Virus record (IMG/VR): IMGVR_UViG_3300009605_004544
Span: 1 to 64,000 of that record
Reading direction: 5' to 3' (one strand)
Source of the DNA: a virus
DNA length: 64,000 bases
Shown: piece after piece, positions 8,433-18,196 of the stretch
Numbering within the stretch: position 1 is the first letter of the stretch
Layout of the letters: each line of letters opens with the position of its first letter
The notes under the pieces: generated by a model
Told to the model about the DNA's origin: nothing
The model's database searches: none
What the model saw: only the letters and a program-made list of their open reading frames with translations
Position numbers and translations under genes: made by a program

Positions 8433-9131
8433 ATGGTGCGATCTTTCTATATATCCGTGGATATGGGAGATCTTGTTTACTCCCTCCTATTTTGTAAAAT
8501 TCTTAACGTAGATACTATCTATGTAGATGGAGCGAGCAACGATGTGAAGTTCGATTGGGACTCAGCTAATTTTTTACTTCCTTTAATCAATAGTCAGGAC
8601 TACATTAAGGCAGCCGAGTTATATGATGGTCAAGATTTTGATGTCAACTACGGATTGCACCCCACAGAAGAGCCGGTGATCGTAGGAACGAACCTCACGG
8701 CCTATCATGCGTCAAAATTCAATATCAACCAAGACGACAGCAGGCTTTATGAGCCGTGGCTTAGAGTTGGCGAACATCAAAACCCAATACTCGCCCATAA
8801 AAAGGTATTGATTAACAGGACAAGCAGATATCACGGAGATTACAGCTTTTATTCTAATTTTTTGAGATATGTTGATCCCGAATTTTTAGTATTCGCTGGA
8901 TTAGAATCGGAATATTCAGATTTTTATCAACAGTTCGGCATAAGTATGGACTTTGTGAAAGCTACAGACGGACTAAGACTCGCTGAAATAATCAATGTGG
9001 TTCCAACATTTGTAGGCAACGAGTCCTTGATATGTGCGATTGCAAAGGGCCTTGGAAAGCATTGCTACGTCGAGTATGGCAGGATGGCTGCTAACTATAT
9101 TTTCAATCGCCCAAATATCTTCTATTTTTAG
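8433..9131 (+). CDS. GT9-like glycosyltransferase
   Basis: MGDLVYSL, EPWL, INRTSRY, FVGNES..CAIA.GLGK. Confidence 0.65.
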   Translation: MVRSFYISVDMGDLVYSLLFCKILNVDTIYVDGASNDVKFDWDSANFLLPLINSQDYIKAAELYDGQDFDVNYGLHPTEEPVIVGTNLTAYHASKFNINQDDSRLYEPWLRVGEHQNPILAHKKVLINRTSRYHGDYSFYSNFLRYVDPEFLVFAGLESEYSDFYQQFGISMDFVKATDGLRLAEIINVVPTFVGNESLICAIAKGLGKHCYVEYGRMAANYIFNRPNIFYF

Positions 9132-9143
9132 GAATATATAGCT

Positions 9144-10091
9144 ATGGCAGTTTACGACTGTTTTCCATTCTTTAACGAGAACGACCTTCTTGAGTTGCGA
9201 CTCAACCAACATTGGGATTTCGTTGACAAGTTCATAATAACCGAAGCAGGAGAAACTCACACTGGATTAAAGAAACCCTTCAACTTTGATCACGATAGAT
9301 TTAAAAAATACGAGTCTAAAATCAAATATGTTACGTTCAATAGTTTTGAAGAAGAAATTCAACGCAATTTGAACCTACTCGACGAGCACAGCGTCTCCGA
9401 CAGAACATCAATTGGCCAACACACGGAGGACTGGATTAGGGACCACTTCCAAGGCAATTATCCAGTCAAAATACTGCGAGAATTGGAGGCTCAGGACGAA
9501 GACATCATCTACATTAGCGCCCTAGACGAAATTCTGAGCAACAAAGGCTTTACGAATGGTCTGCAAATTTTTGAGGACAAGGGCAAGCGATACCACCTGA
9601 GAATGTCTGGCATTCCGCTGTATAGAGAAGAGGCGCAGCCAGTAATGGTTAGGCCTATTTTTGGCTTTAAGCTCGACATGTATGCCTATAAATTCAATCT
9701 TTTTTCAACGGTCATATCTGGACCGGCAATGACCGAATGGCAAACTATGAGCAGGAACCTTCCCTCCACGACAAGAAGCTTGGCCTATGATACCCACGAT
9801 CCGGTTGTAAATGCAGGATGGCACTTCACATTTTTAGACGATACGGATGGAGAAAAAATATTGGCTAAATATAAAAGCTGGGCACATTCCAGAGATCGTG
9901 ACACATTAAACGACCTCTCGAATGCAGACTATTCAGCTGAAGAGTGCATGTATTTTGATATTCAGACAAAAGAGGAGGCTGTTGAGAGGATGCTGAGCAT
10001 ATACAAACCCAACAAAGTGGACATATCCGAAGACACTCATCCAATTTTTCTTGTAAATAACTTGGATCAGTATGGTGGCTATATTCTATGA
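9144..10091 (+). CDS. Glycosyltransferase family 17-like (paralog of 6334..7482)
   Basis: VYDCFPFFNENDLLELRL, VDKFIITEA.ETHTG.KKP, LDEI, GWHFTF. Confidence 0.82.
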   Translation: MAVYDCFPFFNENDLLELRLNQHWDFVDKFIITEAGETHTGLKKPFNFDHDRFKKYESKIKYVTFNSFEEEIQRNLNLLDEHSVSDRTSIGQHTEDWIRDHFQGNYPVKILRELEAQDEDIIYISALDEILSNKGFTNGLQIFEDKGKRYHLRMSGIPLYREEAQPVMVRPIFGFKLDMYAYKFNLFSTVISGPAMTEWQTMSRNLPSTTRSLAYDTHDPVVNAGWHFTFLDDTDGEKILAKYKSWAHSRDRDTLNDLSNADYSAEECMYFDIQTKEEAVERMLSIYKPNKVDISEDTHPIFLVNNLDQYGGYIL

Positions 10092-10828
10092 ATGATAGAA
10101 TTTGCATATTGACAATGTATACGGAGGAGATTAAAGAACTCGGCGTTATAACTGTTGAATATAACAAACGAAGATACTGTGAAAAGCACGGATATTCTCT
10201 TGATATTAGAAAAGACCCCTCTAAATTCCACACGACTGCTGATTATGGAATGCCCCACTTCGGATATGAAAAAATAGGGGCGATTCTAGAACTCGTAAAC
10301 AGCAATAAATATGAATGGATATTTTGGTGTGGCTCGGACACGATGATAACTAACTATGGTATAAAGCTCGAAGACCTAATTGATCCAGATTATCACTTTA
10401 TTGTCCCTAATGATCTATGGGGCCTTAACACGGACTGCTTATTAGTCAGGGCCAGTTCCGAGGCCGCGACTTTTTTGAAAGAAGTTTACGGCACGTTCCA
10501 TAAATACGTGGACGAGAATGGCGTAAATATAGATACGGGGGTAAGATTACCTGACGGCGGCGCGAGATCGTGGGCAGAGCAAGGGGCTATTAACGACCTC
10601 AAGGATAAATACAACGACATTATAAAGGTAGTGCCGCAAAAAACCATGAATTCATACCTCTACCAGATGTACCCTAGCCCTTGGCACCAGAGAGGGCTAG
10701 ATTGCGATGGTAACGATGGCACATGGGCGCCGGGAGATTTTTTGTTGCACCTTCCCGGCATGCCAAATGAGGCTCGCTTGAACATAGTGATCAATCTTCT
10801 TAAAGAGGTAATAGGTGACGACCAATGA
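10088..10828 (+). CDS. GT34 (GMA12/MNN10-like) glycosyltransferase
   Basis: NKRRYCEKHGY, YEWIFW..SD.MITN, EQGAI, MNSY, GDFLLH.PG. Confidence 0.8.
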   Translation: MNDRICILTMYTEEIKELGVITVEYNKRRYCEKHGYSLDIRKDPSKFHTTADYGMPHFGYEKIGAILELVNSNKYEWIFWCGSDTMITNYGIKLEDLIDPDYHFIVPNDLWGLNTDCLLVRASSEAATFLKEVYGTFHKYVDENGVNIDTGVRLPDGGARSWAEQGAINDLKDKYNDIIKVVPQKTMNSYLYQMYPSPWHQRGLDCDGNDGTWAPGDFLLHLPGMPNEARLNIVINLLKEVIGDDQ

Positions 10829-11970
10829 CTAGGAAAGTATGGTATGCTCCCAATGGTTTTGAGGCATATGGAGAAGAAGAAATTAAAGCCGTCGAAGAGT
10901 GCCTTAGAGATGGCTGGCTTGCTGGATTTGGTAACAAGTCTCTCGAATTCGAGAGGAGAGTCGCAAATATTTTCGGCAAACAGTATGGGGTGTTTGTAAA
11001 CTCAGGGTCTTCTGCGTGCTTGCTCGCCCTTGCCTCCCTAGACCTTCCGAGAGGAGCGGAAATTGTCACCCCTGCCTGCACATTTTCTACAACGGTCGCC
11101 CCCATGGTCCAGCTTGGCTATTCTCCTGTATTTTGCGACGTTGGCCTTACTTCGTATGTGCCCGAAGTGAAGGATGTCATAGAGTTAGTTTCTAAAAACA
11201 CTAAGGCTATCATGATTCCTAATTTGATTGGAAACAAACCCGATTGGCCAAAACTTAGAGAAGCTCTTTCAACAATTGGCAGGGAAGATATCTATCTCAT
11301 AGAGGATTCTGCTGATACTATCACACACACTCAGGAATCCGACATTTCCACCACTAGTTTTTACGCGAGTCATGTTATTACGGCGGGTGGGTCTGGAGGC
11401 ATGGTCATGTTTAATGATGAAGCCCATCGAGACAGATGCCTCCAATATAGAGATTGGGGTCGCGTTGGCAACAACTCTGAACATGTTGACGATAGGTTCA
11501 ATCATGAGATAGATGGAATTCCTTATGATTTTAAGTTTCTGTATGGAGTACTAGGGTATAATTTCAAGTGTTCTGAAATGAATGCTGCATTTGGATTAGT
11601 GCAGCTTGATAGGTTCGAAGATTTTAAAGCCGTCAGAAGGCGCAATATTGAGAGATATTTAGACAATCTCAAGGACTTGGGGAAGGTCTTATTGCCGGAT
11701 GACAGCATCCAACCCAACTGGCTTGCAGTTCCACTTCAAACGGACGATAGACTGGGTCTTCTTACTTTCTTGGAGCAAAATGATATACAGACTAGAGTTA
11801 CATTTGCAGGTAACGTTACACGGCATCCAGCATACAGACATTACCTGCAAGCCTTTGACAATGCTGATACAATCATGAAAAACGGGTTTTTGTTGGGTGC
11901 TCATCACGGAATGGAAGTAGAGGACGTGGACTACGTTTGTGAAAAAATCAAGGAATTCTGTGGGAAGTAA
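10825..11970 (+). CDS. DegT/DnrJ-fold PLP/PMP enzyme, RfbH/ColD-like 3-dehydratase (His in place of catalytic Lys)
   Basis: VNSGSSA, NLIGN, IEDSAD, SFYASHVIT.GG.GG, RDWGR, GYN.K. Confidence 0.85.
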   Translation: MTRKVWYAPNGFEAYGEEEIKAVEECLRDGWLAGFGNKSLEFERRVANIFGKQYGVFVNSGSSACLLALASLDLPRGAEIVTPACTFSTTVAPMVQLGYSPVFCDVGLTSYVPEVKDVIELVSKNTKAIMIPNLIGNKPDWPKLREALSTIGREDIYLIEDSADTITHTQESDISTTSFYASHVITAGGSGGMVMFNDEAHRDRCLQYRDWGRVGNNSEHVDDRFNHEIDGIPYDFKFLYGVLGYNFKCSEMNAAFGLVQLDRFEDFKAVRRRNIERYLDNLKDLGKVLLPDDSIQPNWLAVPLQTDDRLGLLTFLEQNDIQTRVTFAGNVTRHPAYRHYLQAFDNADTIMKNGFLLGAHHGMEVEDVDYVCEKIKEFCGK

Positions 11971-11974
11971 AAAG

Positions 11975-12934
11975 ATGAAGGTGGTTTATGTAACAGGCTG
12001 CTTGGGCTTTATAGGCTCCTATGTAACCCGACAATGCCTAGATCTCGGATGGTATGTGCGAGGCATCGACAAGATGACCTACGCAGCCAACCAAGACCTA
12101 TTAAAGGAGTTCGAAACCTACGACAATTTTGTCTTTGAGAAAATAGACATTAATGACATTGAGTTCTTATACGACTGCGACTATGTTATTAATACTGCTG
12201 CCGAAACCCACGTAGGCAACTCTATTGTTTGTAGCGACTGCTTTGTTAGTTCCAATATTAAAGGAGTGCACCATCTTCTTGAGCTAATACGCAACTTTAG
12301 ACAAGAAGGAAAGGACGTTCCGGTATTATTTCATTTTAGTACGGATGAGGTTTATGGTGATATAGGATCGGGTAGTCATACAGAGGACGACCTCTTGATG
12401 CCATCTAATCCGTATTCAGCTACCAAGGCTTCAGCAGACATGCTCGTTCTTGCATGGGCTAGAACATACGGAATACCCTACATCTTATTAAGACCAACAA
12501 ACAACTACGGGATAGGCCAATATATTGAAAAGCTTGTACCCAAGACCTGTAAGTATATTGGGTTGGGAAGAAAAATACCTCTCCACAACGATGGTTTGCC
12601 TGTAAGGAACTGGCTTCATGCTGACGACACCGCTTCCGCTGTTGTACAGATCATAAGTGCTGACGTAGTTAATGAAATCTATAACGTTGCCGGTGGGTTT
12701 GAACAGCAAAATATTGCTACCGTTACAAAAATATTAAGGGCTTATGACAAGCTCAACAAGCAAGAGTCTAATATTCAAGACTTCTTAGATCTATCTGCCT
12801 CCAGACCGGGGCAGGATGTTCGATATGCTTTAAACGACAGGAAGCTAAAGAACTTAGGCTGGTCTCCGAAGAGACACTTTGATTCAGAGATACAAAATAT
12901 AGTAGATTATTACCGCGACAAATTTATTTGGTAA
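11975..12934 (+). CDS. rfbB: dTDP-glucose 4,6-dehydratase-like
   Basis: TG.LGFIGS, DKMTYA, AAETHV, STDEVYG, PSNPYSATK, NNYG, RPGQD.RY. Confidence 0.9.
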   Translation: MKVVYVTGCLGFIGSYVTRQCLDLGWYVRGIDKMTYAANQDLLKEFETYDNFVFEKIDINDIEFLYDCDYVINTAAETHVGNSIVCSDCFVSSNIKGVHHLLELIRNFRQEGKDVPVLFHFSTDEVYGDIGSGSHTEDDLLMPSNPYSATKASADMLVLAWARTYGIPYILLRPTNNYGIGQYIEKLVPKTCKYIGLGRKIPLHNDGLPVRNWLHADDTASAVVQIISADVVNEIYNVAGGFEQQNIATVTKILRAYDKLNKQESNIQDFLDLSASRPGQDVRYALNDRKLKNLGWSPKRHFDSEIQNIVDYYRDKFIW

Positions 12935-12941
12935 GGGTGGC

Positions 12942-14480
12942 ATGATGCAAGACAGAGTCTTAATTATTTGTGAAATGGCAAACAACCACATGGGCGACGT
13001 TGCTCACGGCAAGTTAATGATTGAGCAATTCTCCAAGGTCGCAGATTCATACCGCGACACTTTTGACTTTGCTTGGAAGTTCCAGTTCAGAGACTTGGAT
13101 ACTTTCATTCACAAAGATTACGTTCGTCGAGACGACCTCAAGTATGTGAAAAGGTTTAAAGAGACCGACTTATCACAAGAACAGTTTATAGATCTCATGC
13201 GTCATGCTGAAAAGCACGGCTTCTGGACTATGTGTACGGCTTTTGACGAACCCTCAGTGGCACGCATTAGCGAAATGAATTTCGATATAGCAAAGGTAGC
13301 AAGCTGCTCCTTTACGGATTGGCCCCTACTTAACGAATTAATAAGCTTAGACATTCCCATTATCCTGTCTACTGCCGGGGCAACCACACAAGACATAGAC
13401 AATGTTGTTAGCTTTATGCAGCATCGAAACAAGGACTTCTCCTTAATGCACTGTGTTGGACAGTACCCCACGGATGCCAGCAACTTACAGCTAAACCAAA
13501 TAAGCCAGCTTATGGCCAGATATCCCGATGTAGGGGTGGGATATTCCACGCACGAACATCCGTCAGAAACGCGGGCTATCTCTATGGCGATAGCTAAGGG
13601 TGCTGCGCTTGCCGAAAAGCACGTTGCTGTAGAAACAGACCAATATCCTATCAATGCCTATTCAGTAACCCCAGAACAAATGGACAAGTGGCTTCGATCT
13701 GCAAGCGATGCTCTGGTAATGAATGGCTCTCTAGGGAAGCCGCAGCCTCGTGAACAGGAACTGTCTGACTTGGGGCAGTTTAAGCGAGGGGTATTTGTAA
13801 AAAGAAATATCCAAAGCGGAGAGACTATTACTAGAGATGATCTCTATTGCGCTTGGCCTAGTATCGAGGGGCAATTTTTAGCAAACTCCATGTCTAAGTA
13901 TAGTTCGTTCACGGTCAATGAAGACCTACCAGAAGATAGCCCATTGCTAACTGCTAATGCAACCGTAGAAAATCGCAGAAACGATGTGTGGGATATAGTC
14001 CAAGACGTGAAAGGGTTTTTAAACGAGTCGAATGTGGTTTATCCTTCTCAAGCTGAATTAGAGATATCTCATCACTACGGTATAGATGATTTCTATGAGA
14101 CGGGGATCTCAATGATTACGGTCGTCAATCGGGACTACTGCAAAAAGCTGATTGTTGTTCTTCCGAATCAAAACCATCCAGAGCAATACCATCTGAAAAA
14201 AGAAGAGACTTTTGTGGTTTTGCATGGAGAATTGGATTTGAAACTGTCTTCAATTAATTCAATTGCCAATAGCTGGCCAGAAAAAATCGAATCTCACCAC
14301 TTGCTGAAGGTTGGTGATGTTATCACGATTGAACCAGAAGTGAGGCACGAATTTTCTAGTAAAAACGGGTGCGTTCTAGAAGAGGTGTCGTCCACCCACT
14401 ATGTTGACGACTCATTCTACACTGACCCTTCTATCGTCGAGAACAGGAACAGGAAGACTTTTGTCTCCTATTGGAAATAA
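12942..14480 (+). CDS. NeuB-family nonulosonate synthase + SAF + C-terminal cupin (D-lyxose isomerase-like)
   Basis: EMANNHMGD, KFQ, KVAS, LSTAG, HC...YP, GYSTH, EKH; C-terminal YCKKL...HPEQYH.KKEETF. Confidence 0.88.
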   Translation: MMQDRVLIICEMANNHMGDVAHGKLMIEQFSKVADSYRDTFDFAWKFQFRDLDTFIHKDYVRRDDLKYVKRFKETDLSQEQFIDLMRHAEKHGFWTMCTAFDEPSVARISEMNFDIAKVASCSFTDWPLLNELISLDIPIILSTAGATTQDIDNVVSFMQHRNKDFSLMHCVGQYPTDASNLQLNQISQLMARYPDVGVGYSTHEHPSETRAISMAIAKGAALAEKHVAVETDQYPINAYSVTPEQMDKWLRSASDALVMNGSLGKPQPREQELSDLGQFKRGVFVKRNIQSGETITRDDLYCAWPSIEGQFLANSMSKYSSFTVNEDLPEDSPLLTANATVENRRNDVWDIVQDVKGFLNESNVVYPSQAELEISHHYGIDDFYETGISMITVVNRDYCKKLIVVLPNQNHPEQYHLKKEETFVVLHGELDLKLSSINSIANSWPEKIESHHLLKVGDVITIEPEVRHEFSSKNGCVLEEVSSTHYVDDSFYTDPSIVENRNRKTFVSYWK

Positions 14481-14481
14481 A

Positions 14482-16284
14482 ATGAAAGTATCAGACTACA
14501 TAGCCTCTAAGGTTGCCGAATATGTAGACCATGTCTTCTTGATATCTGGGGGCGGCTGCATACATTTGGTTGACTCTTTTTCTAAGTCTCCGATAAGCAT
14601 GATTCCCACGCTACATGAACAGGGGGCGTCGATATGTGCCGAGTCTTATGGGCAGTATACCAATAGGCTCGGTGTTGCCCTCGTTACGACAGGGCCGGGA
14701 GCCACCAACGCTCTCACTGGAGTAGCTTCTGCTTGGCTCGACTCGATCCCCATGCTAATTATTTCAGGGCAGGTACAAAATAAAGACAGGGTGGGGAATA
14801 GGGGCGTAAGGCAGATTGGGTTTCAAGAAATCGACTCTGTTTCTATCTATAAGGGGGTCACAAAATGGGCAATTACGATAACTGATCCTCAAAATATTAG
14901 GTACTGTGTAGAAAAGGCTCTTTGGTTTGCAACGCATGGTCGCAAAGGGCCAGTTCTGCTGGACATCCCCTTAGACATTCAAGCTGCCGACATAGACCCT
15001 AGTAGTCAAGGGGGCTTTGAGGCACCCGAGTTTTTTGACACAGGAGGATACCCACCAAACTTAGAGTGCGTATCTGCCATTTTAGACGAGATGGACTCCG
15101 CAAAGAGGCCGATTGTTTTGGCTGGGAACGGAATTCGTCTGGCAGATGCGGTGCCCGAATTTTTAACCTTCATCCGTAACACGAACATTCCTGTCTTAAC
15201 AACTTGGAAAGCAATGGACTTCCTAGAAGAAGAACATCCTCAATACGTTGGAAGACCCGGAGGGGTTGGGCAAAGAGGAGCCAATTTTAATCAACAGAAT
15301 GCAGACTTCATCTTAACTATAGGAGCCAGACTAGATCATGGGCAACTCGCCTATCAACCACAATATTTTGCCAGAGAAGCTGTAAGATGTATAGTAGACA
15401 TCGATAGGAACGAGATCGAAAAGCTAGGAATAGAAATCCACTATCCGGTTGATATGGATGCAAAAGTCTTTTTAAACGAAGCCAACCGGCTCTTAGCGGC
15501 AGACCCGTTATTGGTTGACCCGCTGCCTTCTGAGTGGTTATCTAATTGCAAAAGGCTATACGAAAAATACCCGGTGATCGAGCAGAAATATCTGGATAAC
15601 GAAGGTCTCATAAATAATTATGCGTTTATTGAATATCTCTCAGAACTACTCCCACAAAACTCTCTACTTATACCGGGAAGCTCTGGAGCATGCAGTGAAG
15701 TCACCATGCAGGCATTTAAATGCAAGAAGGGAACTAGAGTTTACAACAGCGAGGGTCTTGGAGCCATGGGCTTTGGCATTCCAGCCGCTATCGGCGGCTG
15801 TCTAGCGAGCGGCAAAGAAACCATTTGCATAGATGGTGATGGAGGCTTTGTTATGAACATACAGGAACTTGAACTGACTCGAAGGTACAGCTTGCCAATT
15901 AAATTTTTTGTTCTCAATAACGACGGCTATGGCTCCATTAAGACAACTCAAAATACTCATTTTGGGGGACGGTTGGTAGCTAGCGACCCCTCAAGTGGGC
16001 TAACGCTCCCTTCCGTTGAGTTAAATGCAGCAGCATACAAAATACCCTATTTTAGAATAGAAACCCAGCAACACCTAAGAGAAGGCTTGAAGCAAGTATT
16101 GGCCAAGAAAGGCCCGGCTGTCTGTGAATTAATGGTTGATCCTAATCATGTCACCCTTCCCAAAGCCTCCGTGTTCAAGAAAGAGGACGGAAGCTTTTCA
16201 ACAAGACCGATGGAAGATCTTTTCCCGTTCTTGGATAGGGAAGAGTTTCGAGAAAACTTAATGATAGAAGAGATTCCAGAATAA
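14482..16284 (+). CDS. ThDP-dependent enzyme, acetolactate synthase-like / YerE-like
   Basis: LHEQ, TTGPGATN, ISGQV, FQE, GPV.LDIPLD.Q, GAMGFGIPAAIG, GDGG...N.QEL, NNDGY. Confidence 0.9.
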   Translation: MKVSDYIASKVAEYVDHVFLISGGGCIHLVDSFSKSPISMIPTLHEQGASICAESYGQYTNRLGVALVTTGPGATNALTGVASAWLDSIPMLIISGQVQNKDRVGNRGVRQIGFQEIDSVSIYKGVTKWAITITDPQNIRYCVEKALWFATHGRKGPVLLDIPLDIQAADIDPSSQGGFEAPEFFDTGGYPPNLECVSAILDEMDSAKRPIVLAGNGIRLADAVPEFLTFIRNTNIPVLTTWKAMDFLEEEHPQYVGRPGGVGQRGANFNQQNADFILTIGARLDHGQLAYQPQYFAREAVRCIVDIDRNEIEKLGIEIHYPVDMDAKVFLNEANRLLAADPLLVDPLPSEWLSNCKRLYEKYPVIEQKYLDNEGLINNYAFIEYLSELLPQNSLLIPGSSGACSEVTMQAFKCKKGTRVYNSEGLGAMGFGIPAAIGGCLASGKETICIDGDGGFVMNIQELELTRRYSLPIKFFVLNNDGYGSIKTTQNTHFGGRLVASDPSSGLTLPSVELNAAAYKIPYFRIETQQHLREGLKQVLAKKGPAVCELMVDPNHVTLPKASVFKKEDGSFSTRPMEDLFPFLDREEFRENLMIEEIPE

Positions 16285-16315
16285 GGTAATGGTATGAATA
16301 AAAACATATAAATTC

Positions 16316-17194
16316 ATGATTAATATTCTAATCACAGGTGCTAACGGCTTCATAGCCAAAAGCTTAAACGAGTCTCTAAGTTACCATTACGATATAAATA
16401 TGTGTGACAGGCAGAAATTAGATCTGCTTGACTCTGATAAGGTTCTTGAATATATAAAACTGAATAACTTTGATGTTGTTATCCACGGAGCAACTTATGA
16501 CGCTGCCCCAGAATTTTCAACGAAAGACCCGGATGCTGTTCTAGAAAACAATCTAAGGATGTTCTTTAATCTAGCCAGATGTAGTGACTATTTTGGTAAG
16601 ATGATTTACTTTGGCTCTGGTGCAGAGTTTAGTCGCCCCCACTGGACCCCTCGTATGTCAGAAAATTATTTTGGCATACATGTCCCTGTCGATCAATACG
16701 GATATTCAAAATACTTGATGAACGAATACGCTTCGCTGAGTTCTAATATATACAACCTTAGACTATTTGGCCTGTTTGGTAAATATGACGACTGGAGATA
16801 TCGTTTTATTTCTAATGCTTGCTGCAAGGCTGTGCTGGGGATGTCCATATCCATGAGACACAACTCTGTATTTGACTATCTGTATATAGACGACCTAATT
16901 TCCACCGTAGACTGGGCCATTAACAACATTCCCGAACACAAAGACTACAATGTATGTAGCGGGGAATCAATTTCTTATATGGCTCTGGCTAATTTAATTA
17001 TAGAAGAGTCGGGGAAGAAACTGGAGATCATCGTTGAACAAGACGACACTAGCTATGAATACAGCGGAGACAATTCACGCCTCATCGCTGAAGCGGGGTT
17101 GGTTTTTACGGACATTCGATCCTCGATAAAAAAATTGTACAGGACGTATCTGCATAACAAAAGTATAATATCTAAGGAGCTATTTGTTTACTAA
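16316..17194 (+). CDS. NAD-dependent epimerase/reductase (extended SDR)
   Basis: ITGANGFIA, GSGAE, YGYSK, LRLFG.FG. Confidence 0.88.
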   Translation: MINILITGANGFIAKSLNESLSYHYDINMCDRQKLDLLDSDKVLEYIKLNNFDVVIHGATYDAAPEFSTKDPDAVLENNLRMFFNLARCSDYFGKMIYFGSGAEFSRPHWTPRMSENYFGIHVPVDQYGYSKYLMNEYASLSSNIYNLRLFGLFGKYDDWRYRFISNACCKAVLGMSISMRHNSVFDYLYIDDLISTVDWAINNIPEHKDYNVCSGESISYMALANLIIEESGKKLEIIVEQDDTSYEYSGDNSRLIAEAGLVFTDIRSSIKKLYRTYLHNKSIISKELFVY

Positions 17195-17712
17195 TGAAAA
17201 CCGCCATAGAACTTTTAGATAGGGCAGTGTCGTTATTTCGAAAAGAAGAGCCAGACACGGGCCTTCCACAAAAAATATTCCACTTCGTGAGCAGGTCTAC
17301 GCCCATTGTGAATGTTGACTTGCTTATCAAGGATGAAACCGGCAGAATTCTTCTGTCTTGGAGGGATGACGAGTTTGCTGGGAGCGGGTGGCATATTCCC
17401 GGCGGCATTGTAAGATTTAAAGAAACCATGGAGGACAGGCTACTCAAGGTTGCAAACATTGAGATCGGAACTGAAGTAGAATACGATTCATCCCCGCTAT
17501 GTTGCAAGGAAGTCTTTTTACCTCACGATACGAGAGGGCATTTTGTGTCGTTTTTATATAATTGCTTTTTGAGTAGCGATTTTGACCCCTCCAATTCGAT
17601 GTTCGGCAAAACAGACGCAGGATTTTTACAATGGCATGAGGTGTGTCCCGATAATTTAGTGGAAGTCCAAAACATGTACCGGCCATATATAGAGGGGACA
17701 TATTTTGCATAA
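17194..17712 (+). CDS. Nudix hydrolase, GDP-mannose mannosyl hydrolase-like
   Basis: TPIVNVDLLI, W.IPGG.VR.KET....L..VA..E.G, H.VS. Confidence 0.8.
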   Translation: MKTAIELLDRAVSLFRKEEPDTGLPQKIFHFVSRSTPIVNVDLLIKDETGRILLSWRDDEFAGSGWHIPGGIVRFKETMEDRLLKVANIEIGTEVEYDSSPLCCKEVFLPHDTRGHFVSFLYNCFLSSDFDPSNSMFGKTDAGFLQWHEVCPDNLVEVQNMYRPYIEGTYFA

Positions 17713-18196
17713 GCATAAAACTATAGCAATCAGTGGCGGATTTGATCCTATTCATGTAGGGCATCTCCATATGATTAAAGAGGCTTCCAAGCACGGGAGT
17801 GTCATAGTTATTCTAAATAGTGACGCATGGCTAGAGCAAAAAAAGGGCTATGTGTTTATGCCCTTCAAAGAAAGGAAAGCAATCCTAGAAGAGTTTGAAT
17901 CCGTTCATCACGTTGTTGAAGTGGACGACTCTGATGGCACAGTGTGTGCCGCTTTAGATCAATTACGCCCATGTTATTTCGGAAACGGGGGAGATAGAGT
18001 CTCTGATAATGTTCCAGAAGTGAAGTTCTGTAAAAGGTATAGTATTGGACTAGTGTGGAATCTTGGAGGAAGTAAGATTCAAAGCAGTAGCGAATTAGTC
18101 ACTCATTCAAAAGACTATGACTACAAGGATAGAGATTTAAAAAAACACAACGACCCTTCCGATCCCTTTGAACTAGAACTAGGGGGTCAGGGGTAG
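17705..18196 (+). CDS. Cytidylyltransferase-like protein
   Basis: ISGGFDPIHVGH, LNSD.WL..KKG, F.NGGDR, K.QSSS. Confidence 0.88.
   Translation: MHKHKTIAISGGFDPIHVGHLHMIKEASKHGSVIVILNSDAWLEQKKGYVFMPFKERKAILEEFESVHHVVEVDDSDGTVCAALDQLRPCYFGNGGDRVSDNVPEVKFCKRYSIGLVWNLGGSKIQSSSELVTHSKDYDYKDRDLKKHNDPSDPFELELGGQG

Noticed and set aside
8421-8435. TGA of the GT9-C gene is in frame with the next gene
   Set aside because: No hairpin; the next gene has its own ATG and N-terminal motif
14482-16284. ilvB branched-chain amino acid biosynthesis
   Set aside because: No small subunit or other ilv genes; it sits among NDP-sugar genes
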